A stretch of DNA of 64,000 nucleotides, taken from Ramazzottius varieornatus (lineage: Eukaryota > Animalia > Tardigrada). Position 1 is the first letter of the stretch. Each line of letters opens with the position of its first letter. The notes under the pieces were generated by a model. The model had not been told where the DNA came from, did not search any database, and saw only the letters and a program-made list of their open reading frames with translations. Where the stretch lies: positions 3,717,826 through 3,781,825 of the forward strand of contig BDGG01000002.1 in assembly GCA_001949185.1 (NCBI GenBank), given 5' to 3'. This document shows positions 36,901 through 55,583 of this stretch, piece by piece. Both the position numbers and the translations under genes were made by a program.

Positions 36901-37666
36901 TGGAGTGGGAGAAGGAAGTGCACCAGCAAACAACTGCGGACTACGAGTATGAGAAGCACTTTGTCGAGTCACAGGCGGCGCCACTGGATTTTAGAAACGT
37001 GAGAATTTTACAGTTTCCGCATTGACTGCTTCAGTCCAGCTTTCCTGTAGCGGTAACATAGTTATGTGCCAAGATGTCATCCTCGTGTTGTATGAGTGGC
37101 TTCTTGCAGATGGTAGGAAAAGATTTCGAAGAACTCCGTAAACGGAAGGAATCTCAGTTATTGAAAAGCATGGAACAACAGGAGGCGGTATGAAAAACCT
37201 GTTTCTCTTTTTATGGCTGGGAGTTGTATCGTGGAGACTCATCATGCGTTGACGGGTGTGTTTCTTTAGATTTTCGAGAAGGAGCTGAAGTTGGCTGCCG
37301 AGAAGGTACAACAGCTCAGGCGAAAGCTGGATAGGTTGAAGGAAGAGCGGGAAGAGTCGGAAGCTGCAACACTGGAGCTTACCGTGGACCTCGTGGAACA
37401 ACACGCTATCGGGGAGAATATCGGTATAGTTCTGTGGTCTTTGGTCCGAAATTCCGGCTGTCAGAAAGCTATATATTGTTCGAACTGCAGGTATTCACGC
37501 CGACGCCACCGAGTCTGCGCTGCGGCGGGACTTGGTTCTTCGGCGTTTGCGGCTTCAAGGGTACGTCAAAGAACAGAAGAAACGGGTGCTCGCACTTCAG
37601 CAGATTTTAATGAGATGGCAGAAGAGAACGTTCCCCTCTATTCAGCGGGATAAGAGAATGAATTAG
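30943..37666 (+). CDS. CFAP43: Cilia- and flagella-associated protein 43 (WDR96), divergent; multi-exon
   Basis: WD-like N-terminal half (VVGTSNGYVHILD..PRLVHSVRLF), coiled-coil C-terminal half with EAFNRKFDELM.RK, ALKHGQVEV and terminal RTFPSI; start approximate. Confidence 0.82.
35532..35710. mobile_element. MITE family A, copy 2 (CFAP43 intron)
   Basis: gacgagaaattatgggac / gtcccataatttctt; TA flanks; internal gacggcaaaat and gaatcggtcgc.tacgtacg shared with copy 1. Confidence 0.8.
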
Positions 37667-37962
37667 TGTTTATTGAAAGAGGACACGAGAACGTTAGCTG
37701 CGTCGAACCAGATTTGAGCCCTGAGTCTTGTTGCTCTCCTTGTTAGACTGCATGAAGAGGCAGCTCTAGACATCTGGTCGAAAAAGAGGACAACATACGT
37801 AGTAATCAGATGCATTCGGTCAGTTACGCATACTATCGATACATTGATATTGTTCGAAAGCTAACTTGTTTTTATCTTTATGGTGCCACTTTTTAGTTCC
37901 TGATATTCATAAGACCAACTCTAATATTTATGGTTCCACCCCTGCAGTTCTCAGGATACGTA

Positions 37963-38159
37963 TAGGAACGACGAGATGTTCTGAGCCAGTAAAAATTATG
38001 GGCATGGCCTTTTCGCCACGGCGGTACGGAAGAATGTACGGACACGAGTGATTCAAACCAATACACTTTTCGACTATTATCCAAGTTTGAATTTTCACTT
38101 TGCCGTCTTTTCCGCCTGGCCCGTAATTTGTACTGGCCCATAATTTCTTGTCGTGCGTG
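37963..38159. mobile_element. MITE family A, copy 3 (inverted orientation)
   Basis: Right end cccataatttcttgtcgtgcgtg followed by TA; internal tttgccgtcttttccgcc is the reverse complement of the interior of copies 1 and 2. Confidence 0.7.
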
Positions 38160-38720
38160 TACGAAGAATCACAAATCGGTCGCTTTTTCATGCTGGCTTG
38201 AAGCCGGTAGTCCCATCTTCCGTTGGGAACGACCTCTGGTTACCTTGTCTGCGCTTTTACGAGTCTACACCAGTCCGACATTTCCGCTGATTAGCCCATA
38301 TATACCTTATCTTGGCTTTACGACATTCGAACGTACCATCAACCGCAGTTTCCACTCGCAGTCCGTGGATAAGTCCACAGGAAGTTGCAGCCCCGAACAA
38401 CATGTTTGAAAGAATCACATTTCGTTGATATCGTGCTCAGTCTTGCAGACATTACGTCCGGTTCTCTTGCTGATGGTTCCACCGTAGTTCCATCGACACA
38501 GTAGCTTGTCTATTCCCCTTCATGAGTCGGCTTTTGAACGAGGGCCTTCTGTTGTAGATAAACTCTGTTCTCATGCTCGACCACATTTTTGTGTTATGGA
38601 TCAGGGTATCCGTTTTGCCGACATCCGCCGCACGAGAGGACCGTAAATTCGTTCCCGATTCTCACTGAATACTACTAGACACATCGTCACGTTCGGATGT
38701 TACACAGCTGACCGTTTCAG

Positions 38721-40488
38721 GTCTCGATGATCGCAGAAGATGAGCTCCAGCGAGCTTCAAACGTTAGGAAGATCGAGAAACGCCCAAAAAATGTCATATT
38801 TTTCTCGGGCGACGGAATGGGTACTAATACCACCCTGACCGCCTCTCGTCTCTACAAAGGCCAACACACAAAGACTCTGGTGAACAAGGCTGCCCTGGTA
38901 TTTGAGAAGTTCCCACACGTTTGGCCTGGTCAAGGTGAGCAAACAGCCATGTAACAAAAGCCACATGTCGTCACCTACATAGACGTAAGATGGATTAGTT
39001 TGTGCAACTGGTTTGATAGACGTACAACAGTGACATGCAAGTGCCAGACTCGGCAGGAACCGCCACGGTCTTCCTTTGCGGCGAGAAGACGGCTTCTGGG
39101 TGATTGGACTGCATAGCAAAGCCAGGTTAGGAGAATGCAACACTGCAACCGAAACGAAATCAGCTTGGTACTAAGGACTGGGCCCAGGTAGCTGGAAAGG
39201 CTACGGGACTGATGACGACCGCCAGGGTCACGCAGGCCACCCCGGCAGTCTTGTTGGCCCATACCCTGCACCGAGAATAGGAATATGACGGAAAGATTCC
39301 TGCGGAGGATCGAGATTTCAATGCTAAACAAATCATTGAAGACTTGACCGGAAGCAGAATCATGGTAGTACGTCGAAGGCGACTATGTAGTTGCACGCTG
39401 CTGACTACGGGAGACAGATCGCAGGTCGATCCCGTTGTGCAGAAACTGTAGAATAGGCAGCGGATGGTAGTAAAAACGGACGATAATGGATGAAGGAAGC
39501 GCTAACGCTATAAGTGCGGATCAAATGTTGCAAAACTACAAAAAATACAGTACCTCCCGGTGCAAGGACAAAACATTTTTTTAAGGTTATTTTCGGTGAT
39601 GGTCGGAACTTCTTGCTACCCAACACTACTGTGGAAAATTTTCCACGAGGCAAGAGGGAAGACAGATGGAACTTGATCGCTGAATGGAAAGCCAACATGA
39701 CTCCATGGCTGGTTACCCTGACAGAGGTACTAGAATTTACGAACAATCGGTAAGTTGCACAAGATGGCTGATTTGGAAGGAGGACAAATGAACTGAACCA
39801 GACCGTTATTTCAAGTGGCGCATGTTTCATTGTTGTTGGCTGAAAGAGTGCGCCTTGGGAAAGAAACTGGCACAAATCACTAACCAACGTCCCCTTTGTT
39901 CGTGATAGGTGAAAGCATTGTGGGTGTTGGCATTGTCCATAATTATGTGGACAAGTCGGACGATGACATCTCGCATACTGACCCGGGAAATCATCTTCCG
40001 TGTACCACGCTTGATTACGTCAGTGGACCAGGTGGAGATCTTTGTGTCGCTCGGAATCTATCGGCACTGGAAGCCGCCTATAGAAAGAGAAGCTTTAAAA
40101 AAAGAATGAGTTAATAAATGAAAAACAAAACAAAAAATGAGCTCCAGATAACATAACAACAGGTAGCCCTTTGGAGGGAAAAATCGAAACTATTGAACTG
40201 CTTCCGGAATAAACAGCCTCCATACGTTGTGGTTGTTCTCAGACCACGTGGATTTCTTGCAAAACGCAGGCGCCATCAAGTTATCCGCGGAAACCCATGG
40301 GGGTGAGGACGGTGGCTATCTGTGCACAAGGTCCCTTCGCTCACCTGTTTCATACCTTGCACGATCATGAGCAGAACTATATTCCCGTGGCCATTGATTA
40401 CGCGGCATGCTGTGGGAAGAGAGACCAACAGCCGGCTTACTGTAAGTTTGTCGTTTGCTCGACGGCCGACGAGGTTTTCTCTAGCTGA
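38721..40488 (+). pseudogene. Alkaline phosphatase pseudogene
   Basis: KNVIFFSGDGMG, QVPDSAGTAT, TTARVTQATPA, ETHGGED, GPFAHLF..HEQNYIP; in-frame TAG at 39278-80; frameshifts near 38920 and 40310; central exons not found. Confidence 0.85.
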
Positions 40489-41185
40489 GTTTTGCAGCCT
40501 TACCTTTTCTTGTTGCCTTAAAGTGCCAAATACTATTGAACCACATCCATCTTATACATTACCGATGTCTTGAACTTTCAACCGGCCTATAGTAGGGCTA
40601 ATTGATTAGAAGATGAAAAATTGATTAACCATTGTTAGGTTGGTCGTTCAGAAAGCATTACCGGCACGCTGTTGCCGGCGGAACCTTGCGCAGCTTGATC
40701 GGGGTCCACACTCGTGCTCCAGTTGGTGTGTTTCTGCGGGATGGAATTTTGTGATTGTGCTCATTGTGGTGTAGAGTCTTCTTGTCGTTTCCGGTTTAAT
40801 ATGAAGTTTTTCAAGGCTTCTTCGTTCCGCACATTTTTGTTTGTATAGCTGGCAATTATCGTTGGCAGGCCTCGGGCTTCTGGACGTGAGTAATCGTGGA
40901 AAGTTAGATTGAACCAGACTGCCATAAGCTGACAAAAGCAGTCCGATGACAGTAGGAAGTTACGTCAATCGCCACATGACGAAGTGATGTCGCTAGATTC
41001 CCCTTTTATGGAAGGTGGGCCGGAAACGATGGCATTCTGGTATCCAGCATCCATTAGCCCGGAGGATGCAAGATTCTGGTAAGTCTTACAGATTCCCGGA
41101 GAATCCTTTGTGGAAGGTAACAAAAGTGGTGGTCATACGGAGTGTTTTTAGATACAGAGTAGTTGGTAGCGCTGTCGGCTGAGAA

Positions 41186-43033
41186 ATGGCTGCGAAAGCG
41201 CTCCCACAAGTGGAAGACGATCGAGAGGCGGGGGCTTTCTTGCCGCCGCCATCCGTGGAGATTGTGGTCGTTGGCCGTATAGAGAATGGGAACTCACTGC
41301 TGGAGAAAGATAAGGGTGACGAGAAAGATGTTTTCGATACGGGTAAGTGCTTGTAGAACGGCCAAAACATCGGCTGATCGGATAACTAGCGCATGTTGTT
41401 ATAAGTTGTATCTGGCTTCGTGCTTTTTACCGTGACGTCATGCGCGAGTTTACGTAGAACGCTCCGGATTTCAGTTTATGGCTTGGTTTTTGATTTTTAC
41501 AGCTTCCATCCAGGCCGCCAGTGTGCCAAACCAAGTGACAACCGCGGACATTCAACCTGCGGAGAAATCTCGTTTAGGGATAGCGCTAGCGGCCATGGCG
41601 ATCTATGTGACAACTTCAGTGGCTGACCAACAGTTCCTGAAGAATTCTTTCAGCGAAGACTTTTACGCCCCCTTTTTTATTTATGGACTCGCGAACGTGC
41701 TTCGGATATGGTCATTCCCCGTGTTCCTTGTTCTTATGTGGATAATCATGAGATCTCGGAGAAGACCGCGACCAGTATCCGAGTTAGCAAGGTGAGATAC
41801 TGTTGGATACAGCACAGCGGATGCAAACGGGCTCGTTCGATACGTGTATCATATTTACAGCAAGTACTCGCTGTTCAGAGGATCTAAACTTCCTTTATGG
41901 GCCGACTTCGTGAAACGGATAGGAATCTTGACGGGCCTAATCATTATTGCTATGGTCCTGAACACCACTGCCTTGTCGTACGCCAGTGCTTCCGATATTG
42001 GAGCAGTGCATACTACTCAGGGTAAAAGACCATATTGTGACTTCAATCAAAGTGATACCCTGATTTGACTATGCGTAGTTCCTTGTAGTTGCACTGGTAT
42101 ATTTCTTTGCCGTCGTCTTTCTCAAGCACAAAGTGCTCCTCTTGAAAGTAAACTAAAGTATTCAGGAACTTCCCATTCACAGTGTGCGTTGCGGAATCTA
42201 ATCTGTCTTGTAGGTTTTAGCTGTGATCGTTTCGTTAGGAGGTGTCGCCCTCATTGCCTACGCGAAAGGTTTCGGATCCAGTTCAGCTCTAGGAATAGGA
42301 ATTGGGTTCCTGTCCACGATCATCTTTTCCGTCAATATTGTGAGCACTTCACTTTCATTCGCAAAATGTTTGCCCCGCAACTATCTCTTCGCGTGGTGGT
42401 TTAACAATGTTATGCTTGTTTTCCAGAATGTGTTCAAGTTTCTATTTCCCAAACTGAACTTCGGTCAGACCATATCGTTTCTCTCCTGGGTCGCCTTTTC
42501 TGCACTGACGCTGTACGCTTGGCTACCTATTTCGGCTTACTATTCCGGCGTCGACGTGTGGTACTACGACGCCATACCATGGGAGAACCTCATACCGCAT
42601 TTTATGTGTGCATGGGGTAAGAACTGTATCCCCTTCGGGCCGAATGTGGTCATCCGTATCCAGATTTCACAACGTGGTTCGTTTTTTGCAGCGATGGCGA
42701 CCTCAGTCAACTATGCGCTGACATTATCCTCACCGCTTCTGGTCTCTTTTGGTAGCCTTCTTCGGATCCCTCTAAACCTTTGTAAGTCCTCGTGGAGTTC
42801 CGCCTTGGGCTTATATCAAAACCACTGTTCATGAAAACAACCCATGCAGATTGAGATAGCAGACCTTCGTTTTTTCTGTAGTAGTTGATTACTTCCTGCG
42901 CGGCACGGTCTTCACCAGCCTCGAACTGGTGGGCTGCGGCTTGATCGTGCTGGGGTTCCTGGTGATCGTCCTGCCCGATAACAGGGTCTCTCTCAGACTC
43001 AGGCCTGTACTCAGACGCTCAGCCTCAAAATGA
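41186..43033 (+). CDS. SLC35F3/F4-like EamA/DMT-family transporter; multi-exon
   Basis: About 10 hydrophobic segments; FYAPFF, VSLGGVALIAYAKGF, NVFKFLF, IPWENL, SPLLVSFGSLLRIP; spliced start MAAKALPQ. Confidence 0.8.
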
Positions 43034-43539
43034 ACTTGATCTCAGGAACTTAGTCATCCAGATCTACAGTACCCGGCAAGGATCCCCCGTCACTTCTCCT
43101 TTCGAAAATTTTAACTCTGCCAGACACTTATTTTATTATTCGGAAGTACCTTTTATTGAGAACCTTCTTTCTGTTTGCTAAGAGCCCAGGGAACTTACCG
43201 GTGGTTTATTTTCTTTCCGGCTCTTTCGTTCGTGTACGAACCACACTCCATCCGAATCCCTATCCCAGGATCTCATTCGGTTTGAACTGGGTGATAAACA
43301 TGCAGATCAAATTGACGCCAAGAGGTTCTCCATCGATCGATATTCACACCAACATGTTTGCACACCTCGTCATGACCTGCAATCAACCAAGTGCCAGCTT
43401 CTTCCAGATCATTATCGATCTCATCTTTCTCCTTCCACACCACAGGAACTCACGCAAAAAAATCAGGACCTTCATTTTTCCACGAACTCACAGTAGTTGA
43501 CTTTTTCCACCGTATTTACGCTATGACTTCTGAAGTGGA

Positions 43540-45883
43540 ATGCGTTCACATGAAATGAGCCACTCCTCATCCACGTCTTCCCTCTCGAAGTCTTCTTTGA
43601 GGAAGAACTCGATCTCCCCCAAGTATATCGGGAGGCACAACGAGGATGGTTTGGACGAAGCATTTGTTCATCCGATAGATTCTATGGTAAACAGGGTTGA
43701 AGAAACTCGAGGTTCCCCGATTCCCAATGGCGTTATCCACGTTTTCCCCATCGGTGACATCGGAAACTCCGCGGAAAGTATTGCGGATAGTGGGACTGCT
43801 CGTTCGAGACCGACGTCGGTTCAAGATATCCCGTACGTGGATCCCCTGCATAATGTCCTGACATCGGATCTCAATGGGTCGCAGATATGGTTATCCAGTA
43901 AAGATAAACGCCGCTTGTCGATCATCTCTTCGTCGGACGACATCCGGGTTACACCGCCGTCCGAACGGGAATCAAAAGACGAGGTTTTCGCGGAGACCGC
44001 CGCAAAGGAATGGAAGTCGCTGGGGAATCAATCGCTCAATGTCGACCATCTCTTCGGACTGGACCAGCTCAACAAGCATCTACCCCACCACCGGCTGAGA
44101 ATCTTTGTCGGAACCTGGAACGTCAATGGGCAATGTATGAATTTTCCTCTGATTGCGGAAATTTTCGGTTCTCAAGCACGCGCACTCAGTCGTACAGTTA
44201 CTAGCGATGGAGTGCGCCACTTAGTATGAATCACTGCGCTTAAAATTAGTTCTAACCAGCGCAGTTTCCTGTTAGAAACCAACGTACTAGTGCGCGAGTT
44301 CGAGAAAAACCTTCTAACTGTTTTCGGTCTGTTCCTTTGTAGCAACTTTCGGTAGCCTTCGAGATTTCATCATTCCCCTCAACACGGAAGCTTCTGAACT
44401 CTGTGACCTTTACGCCGTCGGGGTTCAGGAAGGTGTGCCAGAGTTCCGTAGTTGGGATGTTACGCTCCAGAAGACCATTGGACTGACCCACGTCCTGTAC
44501 GCCTCGGAGACCGTGGGTACTATTCACATCAGTATTTTTCTCCGCCGAGAGCTCATTTGGTTTTGCACAAAGCCTGTCATTTCTCGGTATCACCTTCGAC
44601 TCATCAACCAGAAGAACAGCAAAGGGTTCGTCGGAGTATTCTTCTACATCTTCGGAACGACGGTGCTGTTCATGACTTCTCACCTGACTGCTGGACACTC
44701 CGCCGAGAGCTTGGACGTCCGGATCGAACAGCTCAACCGCATCTACAAAGAAATCCAGCTACCGCGGAACTTGGAGTCGAACATGAGGGTCATCAATCGC
44801 TTCGATGCCATTCACTATGTGTTCTGGTTTGGGGACTTCAATTTTCGACTGGAAGAAACAAGGAAGAATGTCGAAAGCACCATTGGCGAGCTCAGCACAA
44901 TCCAGACGGACGAAGTCAGCCATGGAGAACATATGCAGGTTCGTGCCTCGTAATACGCGTCCCAGTTAAAGATCCTTCACTCGCAAAATGGTTTCACGTG
45001 ACGTACCGCGTTATACATAGGTATAAGCATGTCCGGTTGTCGGTATTACAACTGGTGGAATGTGCTACTGTATTCCCTCCAACGTTTCGCGCAGTCACAT
45101 GACAGGCCCATAAAATAATTCCCGGGTGATCATGGTTCAGTCAGCAGCCCAGAGAGCTTGTTTTATGGGCCTCGCATGTGATTGCGCGAACCTTGGAGGG
45201 AATACAAGTGGTAACAGTAACGGGCAAAAAACGCGAGTCGTAGGTAAAATGGATTATACCACATCGATACTTCAGGTGGCGCAAGGTTCTATTGTTACTG
45301 GCTAAAAAACTGCGTCACGTGATAAGAAGATCTGGTTCAAATCTTTTACCCACGTCTTATATGGAGCTCTTGCATACAAAAACTTCGTTCTAGTTTAGTT
45401 TCCGGGTGATGCCGACAATCACTAATTTTTCGATGGTTGCAGAAGTTGTTGGGCTGGGACCAGCTGCGCAACCACAAATTCACCAGTATTGTCCACGACT
45501 TCAACGAGCACCCCATATCCTTCCTACCGACCTACAAGTTTGACCTGAACTCGGATCATTACGATCGTTCGTCCAAGCAAAGAACTCCGTCCTACACCGA
45601 TCGCATCCTTTTCCGCTCGAATGGACCCGGGAACCCAATAATCTGCCGACGGTACACGTCTGTCAACGAAATCAAGTCCTCAGACCACCGGCCAGTCTAC
45701 GCCGTCTTCGACGTCAAGATCCGTCCACAAGTTCGCTCACTCCCTGATTTAGAGATCGGTGCTGGGTACTTCAACCGAGAAGTCTACACTGCCGCTGTCG
45801 GATACCTCAGACAAGAACAGGCGTTGAAGAAATCAGCGGTCATCAAGTCAAAAGGAAGCAGCACGGTTTGCAATATTTTATAA
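43540..45883 (+). CDS. INPP5E: Phosphoinositide 5-phosphatase type IV; 3 exons
   Basis: IFVGTWNVNG, DLYAVGVQE, FWFGDFNFR, PTYKFD..YD.SSKQRTPSYTDRIL, SDHRPV, AGYFNREVY; C-terminal CAAX motif CNIL. Confidence 0.93.
45068..45207. mobile_element. MITE with about 50-bp TIRs in an INPP5E intron
   Basis: tgtattccctccaacgtttcgcgcagtcacatg..ggcccataaaa versus ttttatgggcc..catgtgattgcgcgaaccttggagggaataca; TA before the left end. Confidence 0.8.
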
Positions 45884-46121
45884 ACCCGTCCTGATATCCT
45901 TCTTTCCAGAGCACAACTCTGCCAGAAAATAGCGCTCCTTTCACCGGTGAGCAACATGTCTTTTTGCGGGATGAATTTCTGTATTTTAAAAAGTTGCTTG
46001 ATGCTCCTACATGTATCTCTTACTAGGATGCACTAAGTATAACTGCAGTAAAGTTATAACGCGTCAAAAGCTTACGGAGTTAAGTCACTTCGCAGTTCGC
46101 AGTAAAAACTGTACTTTAATA

Positions 46122-46338
46122 CTGTACTTTAAAGTACCGATCTATTGGGGCAGTTTTGGGTCCGGGTGCGTGGAAGAAGACTGGCCGGTTGGTGAGTGAA
46201 ATATTTGGTAAACGTGTGTACTGGTCAAATAATTGATATGATATCACATTTGACAGCAAATCCTGCGAGTTCCGGCCAGTCGTTTCACACGCACCTAGAC
46301 CCAAAACTGTCGCACTGGATCGGTGTTTTGAAGTACCT
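46122..46338. mobile_element. MITE with about 65-bp imperfect TIRs
   Basis: gtactttaaagtaccgatc..cagttttgggtc.gggtgcgtg..gactggccgg versus ccggccagtc..cacgcacctagacccaaaactg..gatcggtgttttgaagtac. Confidence 0.8.
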
Positions 46339-49300
46339 GTTCGGCTTCCATCGAGGAAAGCTGGTGAGAATGTGGAATCACGATTAGCCGGGAATCTATG
46401 TGACTTGTCAAAGGTTTCTCGGCCTTAGTATGTATTTCATTGGTTTCAAGGTCGAAAGGCGGATAGGTCGATGAGGCAAGCGGAAATACGTGAGGCAAAT
46501 TATCCAGGGTACTCGGCAGTTCCTGTCGTGATGGTCCTCTCTGTAGCAAGTCACCCTCCCATAAAAGACAGTCAGTAGTTGTATATTACAGTAGTATCCT
46601 GAAATTTGTCCCGGTCGCTCAAAATACGCCGCAACGATCGGGTATTTTCCACAAGCGTCAAGGTCGTTCAGTTTAAACGTTTCATCTTCACACTGCACTC
46701 AGGAAAAAACCCATTGTGATTTCAAAGGACGGCAGGACTCCCTCTCGAAACTCTATGGTACTTCGCACGATCCCGGTAACGGGGATAAGTAAGAGCCAGA
46801 CTCGAAAACGCTCGTTCAAGTCCTTGGAGCCGTGGCCCGTGGGGTCCTCGAACACCAGACGCCTTCGCTGAAGTTTGTTATTTGCGGACGATCCAACCAA
46901 AGCAGACCATGGTAATTCCTTCTGTTTGACTGGGAATCAAGAGCAACCGGTAAAGAAGATGCACCCAGCAAATGCTGCTCCTCTCTCTTTCCAAAATTAA
47001 TCAACCTGCTTTTTATAACGTCATGGCTGCCCAATACTGTACAGCAATAAAGTCTCTTGTTTGCATGCGCTGCAATATCAGAAATTCTGTCACGCGTTTC
47101 TACTTGACGAAACCGCCGCCAGACGATCATCAACATGAGCCGCACCCCATCAGCTAATTATAATCGTCAAGGCAGAAGATTAGTAAACAAGCCTAAATTA
47201 GCACCCCGCTACGGAACTTTAGGCCGATGTCGAGACTAACTTACTGCAAAATGGCCATCGAAGCTCGGAGCAAAGTCGGAAGGTGGGCGCGGTAGATCTG
47301 CCTTCCTCGTCGATGAATAGTGTTTCGGGTAATTACTATGCATTTGGATCAGACGTCTTTGTTCTGATGTCCGCTGGACACCGATAGACAAAGGCTTTCC
47401 ACGTATTTATGGGAGTTTCACGGCGCGATATGGACGCCATATTTGTGTTGTTCACGCCTTTTGTCTTCGAAATCGGACCTGCCACCATCATTATTAAACA
47501 ACGAACGTCTCCTGAAATTTGATAGGGGCAAATTACTGATAAGACCAAAAACGAACATCAGTTTTGACCGCTGATTTTACTCCCATGGAAAAAAATGGCG
47601 TCAGAGGAAGCTTAATTTGGGAGAGAAAAAATTATTGAATATGTGTCAAAAACGGACAACCTCTTTGTGTTACGCTTCGTTAGAACTTCAGAAATAGTTC
47701 AGAAAGGTAGAGCTTTTGTACATGGTTCAAGAAGCCAGTTCTTTGCGGTGGCAATTCGCGGTTGAATATCTAATTTTGTTGACAAAAAAGATACCTCGAA
47801 ATCACTATTAATTGGGCGCTAATGCACGTTCCGGGTTGAATGGCCGGTTTCGATGATTTACATCTCTCTCGCCGCATTAAAATGTTTCGTTGTTTGTTTT
47901 CTGGCCAGGAGCTATTCCACGTGGAGACACTTCCGCGACTTCGGGAATTATCCGAACATGTTAGCATTGTTAATGGCTTTTGCGCCGTTAGCAATTTGAT
48001 GCGCATTCCTACAGTAGCTGACAAGCGCCGGATAATTTTAATCGCAGTTTGCGATCTCCCTGTCAGAGAGACAAAATTCACGGAATATTGTTAGAGTAAG
48101 TATATATTTAGAGGGTTTCAGCAGAGGAAGATCTGACGGACTGGGGAACCTGTCCAGTGCTTGTATTGACAGCGAAGCCTAGGTCCTCGTGTCAACCGGC
48201 GCACTGTTGACAGGTTGAGGGGCCGAATCAAGCAATCATAGACAAGCTTTACGCAGCTTTACGCTGCATCAGCGTTAAGCAGACCTTCATTTGGCCTGGT
48301 CGAGTTGGCAACCAATCACAGAAAATTTCTTTTCGAGTGGTCTTGTGACAGCATTGAGTCATCCATTACAGCCGGAGGCGTGTACGTGACGTCACTGTCC
48401 ATTCGAACTCTTCCAGGCACGCGGTGCAAGTGCAACCGATGAATAGGAAGCCGGCTGCAACTCATACTTCCTGCACGCTACGTCACTGTACGTTATTGTG
48501 GATTCTTCAATGGCGACGTTGGTAGGGTTCCAACCAGATGTCAGCTGGGGCAAGTCCCACCTTCGCGAAGCGCCGGCTGGCTGCATACCGGTTGTCCAGG
48601 GTTCCCGGTGAAGTCTGCTGCAGCTGCCACTCCATAGCCATAAAGCCATATGATAAAACACTGCGCCATTACCGCAGAAGGAAACAGCAACAGTGAACAG
48701 TCTCTTTTCATCCATGGCCAGCTCGTCACCTGACCAGGGCTAATTTTATCCCGTTCGATTTTCGGCCAGAAATTCTGGCAAAGTTTTTTTTCTGCTTTAG
48801 TAATTTATTTTTTGTCAACAGTTCGTCGGTTGCCGGCTGTTTTTTATTCTCGCACAGCGAGTACAGCGGAAAAGCAGTTCGAGGAAATTTCGCCATGATC
48901 GATCATAGCTGACGGTAATTCTCTTCGACGAAGCAAGCTGACCGGACAGCTGAACAGTGATGCGCGTGTCGCCTCCATCAAGTGCCCCATAACGATTTCC
49001 CAGAAATGTTCCTGCCCTTCCCGTTACCCGAACTGACCATTGTCCAGCACGGCATGCATCAGCGGAGCGCATGTTGATTTATTGCCGACGATTCCGTGAA
49101 GCCCTTCGCCTACCCTGCAACCTCTTCTGTCCACTCTTGGTCTTGCCTAGCCGGTTTGACCAGTGTCCACACTCCTCGGGTGAGTCATTATTCAGCGAAT
49201 ATCTCTAACTGGTTTCCACGAATAGCTTTGGTAGCTTTGAGAGCTTTACCGAGAAAGACCAGCGAGCACCGATCAACTGAACGATTTTCTCACTGACCAG

Positions 49301-49612
49301 CAAAGGGGTGGCCCATACTCATGGCCGAAGCATGTGTGTGCAATGCGCCTACCGAGTCTGTCGTACAGGCCGTGGAGGCCGTATGTGGTCCATTCATAAA
49401 CCAGCTGCTCGGTGAGCAAATGAGCAGCTTGGTTGCTCCTACCTTGGAAAGTTGGAATCGGTGGTGCGTCGACAGAACGCCTACTGGGCTCTTGAAGCAT
49501 TGTTCACTTGTGGTCCAAGTTTGATGCTTCGTCGGAGCTGAACTGACCACCAGCTTTCTACGGTTAATTTCTAGGTTGGGCAAAGCATCAGCTGGCATCC
49601 ATCAGTCGCGTC

Positions 49613-54899
<5,287 letters not shown>

Positions 54900-55583
54900 C
54901 TTCGAGGAGAAGGCCTGGAATGCATTGCGGTGTTTTTGCTTACCCGAACAGCAACTTATCTGACGGTTGTACTAATGCGGTCCTGTTTGAAGAGATTTAA
55001 GGAAAGATGCAAGGAACCGGGTTTTACATGTTGTGGATTATTTTATTTCTGTTCATGAATGGTCTCATGCGGATGCAGTCCCTCTTATTGCTAAAATGCA
55101 CAGTATAGTTTCACCACTAGCCTTTCTTGAAACGTGGCGCTTTTCATGGATTCAGTTCTCTCCGAAGATAGCTTACGAGTGGGTTCTTCGCTGATTTTTA
55201 TAGTTTTCCTTGTAACTAATTCTGTATAGTTTCTTCCTACCGGAAGTCTACGATAGCTCCTCGCACATGCTTTTGTATTGAGAGAAAACTTGTTTATATC
55301 TTCCGAGCGTCACTGGTTAATTTCTTTGCTGCTTGGTTGCGGCGCGGCTTTAATTTCCTGTACAAGATTCGTGTACAGTTTTGCTAATCACCGAACTGGG
55401 TTTCAATGCTGCAGTATTTTCGGAAGTAAAATGAAGGAAACGAGGCATTTCGGACACCGCGGTAAACTGCCTGAACATAGGAGTGTTGGCAAGCCGTTAC
55501 GAGCAGGACGTATGGGGCTACTATACCAAATGTATAAGGAATATCCACTAGTTGGCTTGCCAAAAGTGTGCCAGCGAGAAACC

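Noticed and set aside
46972-48094. Possible FLYWCH/MULE remnant (C..C...HQHEP)
   Set aside because: Short motif only; no catalytic motif or TIRs identified
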